The position numbers and the translations under genes were made by a program. From the NCBI RefSeq assembly GCF_000354175.2, contig NC_022359.1, positions 1,740,001 to 1,772,000 of the forward strand: a DNA stretch of 32,000 nt, read 5' to 3'. How positions within the stretch are numbered: the stretch's first letter is position 1; the number at the start of each line of letters is the position of its first letter. A model generated the notes under the pieces. The model worked only from the letters and a program-made list of their open reading frames with translations. It was not told the DNA's origin and did not search any database. The DNA is from Vibrio alginolyticus NBRC 15630 = ATCC 17749 (GTDB lineage Bacteria; Pseudomonadota; Gammaproteobacteria; Enterobacterales; Vibrionaceae). Below are positions 25,887-32,000 of the stretch, in pieces.

Positions 25887-26936
25887 TTGAGACTTGAAAG
25901 AACTTTTAACCCTGATGACTTATCGATGCAAAACATGGAAAGTCCGATATGTATGCCGATAGGGTTTGTTCACTTTTTAGCTCAATCGGAAACACTACAG
26001 CAAGTACTTGATACGGTGGCAGAATGGATAAATCGTATATTTAATTCTGACCGTGCGAGTATCACACTTTATGAAAACAATGATCATCTAAAGGTCTACT
26101 CTTTCTCTGGTAGTAAAGCGATTCCCGCTGAATTTTTAGTGCCCATTCATCAAGCGTTTGTTGGCCGAGTGTTCAAAAAGCAACAACTGATGATCTGCGA
26201 TGATGTTACGCAATCTGATGAGATCGATTGTATGATGCTCGCATCCAATGGTATGGGTACGTGTATGGACGCGCCTTTAATGCACGGTAAAGTCTGCCTA
26301 GGAACGCTTAATGTTGCGCATCATCAAACGCACATTTACACAAACGAACAAGCGGCACAGCTTCAGTGCATCGCTAATTGGATTGCTTTAAACATTGCCC
26401 TTCATATACAGATTATGAAGATGGAGCACCTCGCCACGACGGATGATCTAACAGGTATTCCAAACCGCAGAGAGTTCATGCGACAAATCGAAAGCCGCCT
26501 AAATGAATACCGAACCCAGGGCATTGACTTCCATGTTGCTATTTTAGATCTCGACAATTTTAAAAGCCTCAATGACCGATTTGGTCATGACGCAGGCGAT
26601 AAATCACTGATCCATGCAGTTAATACTATTAAAAGTCATCTACTTGATTGTGACTTACTTGCCAGAGTTGGCGGTGAAGAGTTTGCCATCGTATTAAGAA
26701 GTCGCTCATCACAGCAAGCTCTAGACACATTAGAAACGATTCGTAATGCACTAGAAACGACGACCGTTCAACATTCAGGTTGTGATATGAGCTTCACCGC
26801 GAGTATTGGGGTAACTCAAGTCTGTCGTCTCGACGACTCATTTGAACCATTAGTTAAACGCGCCGACTTAGCACTTTACAAGGCAAAAGAAACTGGAAGA
26901 AATCGCGTTGAGTTTCATATTGGTGAAGAAAGGTAG
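25887..26936 (+). CDS. GAF-GGDEF diguanylate cyclase
   Basis: GAF-like N-terminal half, then a GGDEF domain (DDLTGIPNRR, LDLDNFKSLNDRFGHDAGD, RVGGEEFAIVL, RADLALYKAKETGRNR). The start is uncertain. TTG at 25887 has AAGGAG 7 nt upstream. ATG at 25926 is the first ATG. Confidence 0.87.
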   Translation: MRLERTFNPDDLSMQNMESPICMPIGFVHFLAQSETLQQVLDTVAEWINRIFNSDRASITLYENNDHLKVYSFSGSKAIPAEFLVPIHQAFVGRVFKKQQLMICDDVTQSDEIDCMMLASNGMGTCMDAPLMHGKVCLGTLNVAHHQTHIYTNEQAAQLQCIANWIALNIALHIQIMKMEHLATTDDLTGIPNRREFMRQIESRLNEYRTQGIDFHVAILDLDNFKSLNDRFGHDAGDKSLIHAVNTIKSHLLDCDLLARVGGEEFAIVLRSRSSQQALDTLETIRNALETTTVQHSGCDMSFTASIGVTQVCRLDDSFEPLVKRADLALYKAKETGRNRVEFHIGEER

Positions 26937-26942
26937 AAAAAA

Positions 26943-26975
26943 TAAAAAAAGGTAGCGACTCATTGCGCTACCTTT
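26943..26975. terminator. Bidirectional rho-independent terminator
   Basis: ggtagcg-(8 nt)-cgctacc is flanked by aaaaaaa upstream and tttt downstream. It serves the GGDEF gene (+) and the 50-aa ORF (-). Confidence 0.8.
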
Positions 26976-27048
26976 TATCGATTCTAACCCGCTTAAAATA
27001 ACTAATACGAACTTTAAGCCAGTTAAAAATAAGAATGAGCAAATTTAA

Positions 27049-27201
27049 TTATGCTTTCTTAAGATCTTTAGCTGGGTAAGTTAGTGTTTTTTCGCCTGCT
27101 TTTACATGTGTGTAAAAACCGCCACTGCTTAAACCTGTAACAACCATTTCGCCAAGATCGATACCTTTAGTCGCTACTACTACGTCACCGATTGAAAACA
27201 T
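27049..27201 (-). CDS. Unannotated 50-aa small protein (MFSIGDVVVATKGIDLGEMVVTGLSSGGFYTHVKAGEKTLTYPAKDLKKA)
   Basis: Translated by hand. ATG at 27201 with an aagg SD 7 nt upstream, TAA at 27049-27051. A strong terminator (stem plus tttttttatttttt on this strand) lies 73 nt downstream. The composition looks like a small beta-rich (SH3/Tudor-like) domain. Confidence 0.5.
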   Translation of the reverse strand: MFSIGDVVVATKGIDLGEMVVTGLSSGGFYTHVKAGEKTLTYPAKDLKKA

Positions 27202-27444
27202 ATTGAATACCTTGTTTGTTTAGATTAAGACACTAAGTCGTTGCGCGGTATTTAATACGATATTAGGCAAAGCACCTAATCGAGTTTTTTATCGTAAAGA
27301 TTAATTTATATTTGTCGTGAACTCTAAGTTTCCACATTGAAAATCACAGGATATTTTCCAAAAAAAGATGCGCTATTCTTGTGAAATAAGGTAATATTTT
27401 CTAGCATCAAGTGCGGAGGTATTCTCCGCCCTCATTGGAGAAAA

Positions 27445-27987
27445 ATGATGAAGAAAGGCCTAAAAATGCGTGCATTAGAGCGTTCTGATTTGCGCTTTAT
27501 TCATGAACTGAATAACAACCGAAATATCATGGCCTACTGGTTCGAAGAACCTTACGAGTCTTATGACGAGCTCGAAGAACTTTATCGAAAACATATACAT
27601 GATGACGCTGAAAGGCGTTTTGTCGTCGAAGATGAAGACGGCATCGTAATTGGCTTAGTTGAGCTGATCGAGATTAACTACATTCACCGCAGCGCGGAAT
27701 TTCAGATAATCATCGCCCCAGAGCATCAAGGCCGAGGTTATGCGACAGAGATGATTAATCGTGCGTTAGATTACTCATTCTCAATTCTTAATCTACGTAA
27801 AATCTACTTATTAGTCGCAGTGGATAACGAAGTCGCTATTCACTTATACAAAAAGTGCGGCTTTATCGAAGAAGGTCACCTTGTAGAAGAATACTTTATT
27901 AACGGCGCTTACAGCGATGTTAAGCGCATGTATATATTAAAACACCAGTACCAGAAAAAGATCGAAGAAAACAACTCAATTCACTAG
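27445..27987 (+). CDS. speG: Spermidine N1-acetyltransferase SpeG (GNAT)
   Basis: Colinear with my recollection of E. coli SpeG: LRALERSDLRFIHELNNN..MAYWFEEPYES, KHIHDDAERRFVVE, RSAEFQIIIAPEHQGRGYA, FINGAY. Confidence 0.93.
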   Translation: MMKKGLKMRALERSDLRFIHELNNNRNIMAYWFEEPYESYDELEELYRKHIHDDAERRFVVEDEDGIVIGLVELIEINYIHRSAEFQIIIAPEHQGRGYATEMINRALDYSFSILNLRKIYLLVAVDNEVAIHLYKKCGFIEEGHLVEEYFINGAYSDVKRMYILKHQYQKKIEENNSIH

Positions 27988-28003
27988 TTCATTCTATCAA
28001 AGT

Positions 28004-28032
28004 AAAAACGCAGCTATTTGGGCTGCGTTTTT
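28004..28032. terminator. Bidirectional rho-independent terminator between speG and the beta-barrel gene
   Basis: aaaaacgcagc-tatttgg-gctgcgttttt, a perfect 11-bp stem including A/T tails. Confidence 0.85.
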
Positions 28033-28034
28033 AT

Positions 28035-28832
28035 TTATTCAAATTGATATTGATATGATAACACGATGCGCTTGTCTGCTTCATCCAAATAGGTGTTGTT
28101 GTCCATGACAAACGTCATTACGTTAAAAGAGTGGCGTTTGCTCACGAGGTAACCAAGACCAATACCACCAAAGAAGCCTTTGTAGTTCTCTCCTTCACTG
28201 TTTTCTGAGCCGTAAGTGCCTGCTGCGAAGCTGATTAACGTCAGCTCTTTGGTAAACAATTTCAGCGCAAATGCACCAACGTAACCGCTACTGCCTGAAG
28301 AGCTCATCATGTTGAAGCCATTCTCTGCACTTGGCGTCCCCGTAAAGTTAGGCTCGCTACAGAGACTACTTTCTGCACCGTCACAAACAGGAACATCACC
28401 AGTGTTGTACGTATAGCCTGCCATTGGGAAAATTTGGAAGCCTGCTGGCTCAATCCCGAAATAACTTAGCGGCATAAAGGTACCAACGCTGTAGTTGGTT
28501 TGATCCGCGCCGTTTACGTATTCATTTTTACCGAAGTTGAAGTTCACGATACCGACCGGAAACAACCACGAGCCACCAATACGCCACTCGCTCGCATCAT
28601 CATTGATACGCAGGTTAATTTTGCGCGCTTGGTCAAGCGCAAGTGAGCCCGAGAATGAGATGTTTTGATCATCAAAATCGTAGTTGTTTGCGTACGACGC
28701 GCCAAATTTCGTGATGACTTTTGTTGGGTCATCCGCCAACTTGTTTTTATTGTCTTTTACTCGATGCTCGGCACCATGAGCCAGCGTACTAACCAACAAA
28801 GTCGTACACACTAACGCTAGTTTATTTTTCAT
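28035..28832 (-). CDS. Putative outer-membrane beta-barrel protein, unknown family
   Basis: Signal peptide ...STLAHG-AEH. Alternating hydrophobic/aromatic beta-strand pattern. Gly/Ser-rich loops and a loop Cys pair (CDGAESSLC). C-terminal YQYQFE. SD aagga. Confidence 0.7.
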   Translation of the reverse strand: MKNKLALVCTTLLVSTLAHGAEHRVKDNKNKLADDPTKVITKFGASYANNYDFDDQNISFSGSLALDQARKINLRINDDASEWRIGGSWLFPVGIVNFNFGKNEYVNGADQTNYSVGTFMPLSYFGIEPAGFQIFPMAGYTYNTGDVPVCDGAESSLCSEPNFTGTPSAENGFNMMSSSGSSGYVGAFALKLFTKELTLISFAAGTYGSENSEGENYKGFFGGIGLGYLVSKRHSFNVMTFVMDNNTYLDEADKRIVLSYQYQFE

Positions 28833-28897
28833 TTTTTAGTCCTTTGAGATGTTGAATACCCGCACTTAGCTGCGCAGATACTTTTTGAATCATCACT

Positions 28898-28966
28898 CAC
28901 TGGATGTGACAGAAGCGCCCTAACTACCTTAGATGGTGTGACAGCATCCAGTGCAGGTAGTTAGGG
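28898..28966. repeat. Two perfect interleaved inverted repeats (9 bp and 12 bp)
   Basis: A cactggatg (28898-28906), B ccctaactacct (28918-28929), A' catccagtg (28945-28953), B' aggtagttaggg (28955-28966). Also a direct repeat tgtgacag at 28905 and 28937. Confidence 0.85.
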
Positions 28967-29008
28967 TAGAATGGCCTGTAAGGAAGGCGTTTTAGCGATT
29001 AGGAATGA

Positions 29009-30094
29009 TTAGTTTTTCCAGTTGTAGCTCATGCTCATGAAGTACAGCGCAGGCTCATCAAAACCAGCTTGTAAGCGTGGCGTTTTTGACGATTCCATCA
29101 AGATCGCTTCAAACGCGAAACCAATTGAGTTTTCTGAATCCAATTTGTAATCAATGCCTGTACCAATGCGGTACGCCTTGCCAGTAGGAACGGTAATGTC
29201 ACCGTTTGATTGACTTTCATACATGCTGGTATCGAATGCAAAACCTGCATTCCACATCATTTTTTCATTCAGTTTGTACTGAGTACCCAATGCGATTTGG
29301 TAAGTGTCTTGTGTCTCTACGTTCAGCGTGGTTGTGTATTCGCTCCAGTCTTGCCAGTTCACGTTCCACATCACCGCTAGGTCATCATTCACTTCGTGGT
29401 AAGCACTGAAGATCAGTTGTTGCGGAGCAATGGAGTTACTATTGTCGAATTCAAATTCGGTTTCAGAAGAGTAAGACAGACCAAGACGCGTGCCTGGTGT
29501 TGCTTCATAAAGCACACCTACTCGGCCGTTGAGCTGAGTATCTTGGTCTTCGTCATTGAAGTTCAAGGCTCCCTTCGTTTCCACTTCATACATACCGTAC
29601 TGAATGCCAAGCGCCGCACCCACAGACCAGTGATCATTGATGCGGTAAGAAGCGGAAGGTTGAATGGTCAACGCTTGTGTCGTTGCTGTAGGAATATCTA
29701 AATGATTATCCAAAAGACCTTCGTACTCTAGGCCAAGACCGTAGTTGCCATACAGACCAATACCCAGCGTCCATTTGTCGTTCACTTGTTGGCTGTAAAA
29801 TGCCGACGCCATAGGAACAAAACCAATCACGTTGCCCGCATCGCCAGTCATCGTGTCTAGTTGCGCGTCACCGTAAAGGCCAATCAGGTTACCAGAGAAA
29901 GATTTACCAGAAACATTCGCCAGACCAGCCGGGTTTGCTGCCATTACTGAGGCATCTTGCGCACGAGCCGCCATACCAGCGGATGCCAAACCAATATCCG
30001 ATGCTGTAGTTTCGTAAAGGTATAACCCACCCGCTTGCGCAGCAGCACAAGTCAGTAGAGAGCTCGCTACGACGATTTTTGAAAGATTTTTCAT
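29009..30094 (-). CDS. FadL/TodX/OmpP1-family outer-membrane transporter for hydrophobic compounds
   Basis: Signal peptide ...AAAQA-GG. The N-terminal hatch sequence GGLYLYETTASDIGLASAGMAARAQDASVMAANPAGLANV is typical of the family. Beta-barrel pattern throughout. Confidence 0.85.
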   Translation of the reverse strand: MKNLSKIVVASSLLTCAAAQAGGLYLYETTASDIGLASAGMAARAQDASVMAANPAGLANVSGKSFSGNLIGLYGDAQLDTMTGDAGNVIGFVPMASAFYSQQVNDKWTLGIGLYGNYGLGLEYEGLLDNHLDIPTATTQALTIQPSASYRINDHWSVGAALGIQYGMYEVETKGALNFNDEDQDTQLNGRVGVLYEATPGTRLGLSYSSETEFEFDNSNSIAPQQLIFSAYHEVNDDLAVMWNVNWQDWSEYTTTLNVETQDTYQIALGTQYKLNEKMMWNAGFAFDTSMYESQSNGDITVPTGKAYRIGTGIDYKLDSENSIGFAFEAILMESSKTPRLQAGFDEPALYFMSMSYNWKN

Positions 30095-30120
30095 GTTAAA
30101 ACCTATTATTGTTAGGGGAA

Positions 30121-30182
30121 CCCACGCTGCGACGGTGGTTGTATATCAATGAAAGGCATTGGCCAATCGCACACAGCGTGGG
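30121..30182. repeat. Intercistronic 9-bp inverted repeat enclosing a 10-bp palindrome
   Basis: cccacgctg (30121-30129) / cagcgtggg (30174-30182), with attggccaat (30158-30167) inside. Lies between the RND stop and the FadL-like start. Confidence 0.7.
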
Positions 30183-30214
30183 GGTGTTGTGGAGTCAGTC
30201 AGTTGAAATCAGCG

Positions 30215-32000
30215 TTATTGCTCGCTCACCTCAAGTTCAGTGGGTTTCTTTCGCTTAAACTTCTCGCGCAGAGATTGCATCATCACGAAGAACACTGGCG
30301 TCAGTAACGTGCCAACAAACGTAGAGAGAATCATGCCGCCGAATACCGCAAAGCCCAGTGAGTGACGAGATGCCGCACCGGCACCCGATGCAATCACCAA
30401 CGGGAATACCCCCCAGATGAAGGCAAATGCGGTCATCTGTACTGCTCGGAAACGGATTCGAGCAGCTTCTTTGGCAGCATCAATGATGGATAAGCCCTTT
30501 TCTTCTCGCAGAACTTTGGCAAATTCCACGATAAGAATCGCCACTTTGGCGGACATACCGATCAAGATGACCACACCAATCTGCACATACAAATCGAACG
30601 GTTGTCCCACCAGCAGTAGCGTGCCCATTGCGCCGAGAATCGCGACTGGAACCGCCATCATTACCGCAGCAGGAATGGTCCAACTTTCGTACTGAGCCAC
30701 CAAGAACAAGTAGGTGAACAGCAAAGACAATGCGAACGCGATTGGTGCCATGTTGCCTGCTTTCATCTCTTGGTAAGTCATGCCTGACCACTCGTACGAG
30801 TAACCACTTGGCAAAGATTCTGCAGCCAGTTTTTCAATGGCTTTTACAACATCACCCGAGCTGTAGCCTGGCGCTGGCGCACCGTTCACGGTTGCAGAAC
30901 TGAACATGTTGTAGTTCGACAAGGTATCAGGGCCGAAGATCGGCTTCACTTTCACTAGCGTTGCCAGTGACACCATTTTTCCAGAGCTAGAACGAACAAA
31001 CAGATGGTCGATGTCGTCGATGTTGTCACGATATTGCTCTTCTGCTTGCACTTTCACTTGGTACGAACGACCAAACAAGTTGAAGTCAGAAATGTAGGCA
31101 CCGCCCAACTGCGCTTGCAGTGTGCTGAAGATTTCATTCAACGGTACGCCCATCGAAATCGCTTTATCGCGGTCAATATCGATGTAACGTTGCGGAATGT
31201 TGGCACGGAAAATCGAGAACGCACGCGCCACTTCAGGCAGTTGGTTGATTTGGGCAACAAAATCAGCGGTTGTTTTTGCCAACTCTTGTGGAGAACGGCC
31301 CAAGTTGTCTTGCAGCACAAGGTTGAAACCATCTACCGCACCCATACCTTTGATTGCCGGCGTCGCGAAAACGAACGAAGCGGCATCTGGTGTTGAGTTC
31401 AGCATTTGGTTAACTTTATTCATCAATGCGCGTTGGTGTAGCTCAGGGTCTTTACGTTTGCTCCAGTTATCCAGTTTGATGATCAACATGCCCGAGTTTG
31501 GAATCGACGCCATGTTAATTACCGAGAAGCCCGCAACCGAAACCACGTTCTCCACACCTTCCATCTGTTTTAGTTCATCAACGTACTTCTTCATTAATGG
31601 TGCAGTACGCTGCAATGCTGCTGCGTCTGGCAAACGCATTTCGACCATGAACACGCCTTTGTCTTCGTTCGGTACGAAAGAGGAAGGTACGGTCATGAAC
31701 GCAAATGCCAGCACCGCAATAAGCGCGCCATACACACCGATACTCAGCACAATACGACGGCTCAAGAAGCCAACTAAACCTTGGTATTTGCGCGTTATTG
31801 CTTCAAAACCTCGATTAAACGCACGCAAAGGCGCAATAGGTTGCGAGTGAGTTGATTTCAACATCAACGCACAAAGCGCTGGCGTTAACGTTAATGCGTT
31901 GATCGCAGAGATCAGCACCGACACACAGATGGTGACTGCGAACTGGTTGAACATTCGACCGGAAATACCCGGCAATAGCGCAACCGGTACGAATACCGCC
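30215..32000 (-). CDS. AcrB/HAE1-family RND multidrug efflux permease, C-terminal about 595 aa (5' end beyond the window)
   Basis: The frame is open to the window edge; the ATG at 31975 is internal. TM7-12 and the second periplasmic loop show typical motifs (ALTLTPALCA, SIIDAAKEAARIRFR, FGVFPLV). Confidence 0.93.
   Translation of the reverse strand, partial: AVFVPVALLPGISGRMFNQFAVTICVSVLISAINALTLTPALCALMLKSTHSQPIAPLRAFNRGFEAITRKYQGLVGFLSRRIVLSIGVYGALIAVLAFAFMTVPSSFVPNEDKGVFMVEMRLPDAAALQRTAPLMKKYVDELKQMEGVENVVSVAGFSVINMASIPNSGMLIIKLDNWSKRKDPELHQRALMNKVNQMLNSTPDAASFVFATPAIKGMGAVDGFNLVLQDNLGRSPQELAKTTADFVAQINQLPEVARAFSIFRANIPQRYIDIDRDKAISMGVPLNEIFSTLQAQLGGAYISDFNLFGRSYQVKVQAEEQYRDNIDDIDHLFVRSSSGKMVSLATLVKVKPIFGPDTLSNYNMFSSATVNGAPAPGYSSGDVVKAIEKLAAESLPSGYSYEWSGMTYQEMKAGNMAPIAFALSLLFTYLFLVAQYESWTIPAAVMMAVPVAILGAMGTLLLVGQPFDLYVQIGVVILIGMSAKVAILIVEFAKVLREEKGLSIIDAAKEAARIRFRAVQMTAFAFIWGVFPLVIASGAGAASRHSLGFAVFGGMILSTFVGTLLTPVFFVMMQSLREKFKRKKPTELEVSEQ

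Noticed and set aside
25880-25897. ATG abutting the AAGGAG box upstream of the GGDEF gene (5-codon mini-ORF)
   Set aside because: The ATG directly abuts the SD, so there is no spacer, and the frame stops after 5 codons. The SD is better explained as serving the in-frame TTG at 25887.
28898-28966. Classical H-type pseudoknot interpretation of the interleaved repeats
   Set aside because: Only 1 nt separates A' from B', which cannot span a 9-bp helix. I therefore favour alternative mutually exclusive hairpins or DNA-level sites, and reported it that way.

Overview
The window looks like chromosomal DNA from a marine Vibrio. A CARB-type class A beta-lactamase points to the Harveyi clade, possibly chromosome II. 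This assignment rests on my recollection of the family, not on a search. Gene density is high. I found no rRNA, tRNA or CRISPR array and no recognisable phage or defence module. Content from left to right: a CxxC peroxiredoxin-like gene; an AT-rich islet with an orphan lipoprotein; an HxlR regulator; a complete IS200/IS1004-like element; mdaB; a minimal arsR-acr3 arsenite module; an AraC regulator with a periplasmic PEBP/YbcL protein; a PhzF-family isomerase; a HlyD/ABC/ABC-2 efflux operon; a very large single-polypeptide formate dehydrogenase (2Fe-2S + GltD-like flavoprotein + Cys-type Mo-bisPGD domain); a five-gene copper/silver cluster (Met/His/Cys-rich small protein, cusC, cusB with two C-terminal CusF-like domains, cusA, His/Met-repeat cupredoxin); blaCARB; a GAF-GGDEF cyclase; an unannotated 50-codon gene; speG; and a minus-strand RND pump (truncated by the window edge) followed by a FadL-family protein and an uncharacterised beta-barrel protein. 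I see no clearly novel multi-gene system. The items most worth follow-up are the unusual cus cluster architecture, the fused formate dehydrogenase, a pair of perfect interleaved inverted repeats between the two outer-membrane genes, a duplicated operator-like box in the ars module, and several small ORFs and structured spacers missing from the ORF track. All homology calls come from motif recognition by eye. No database search was run.
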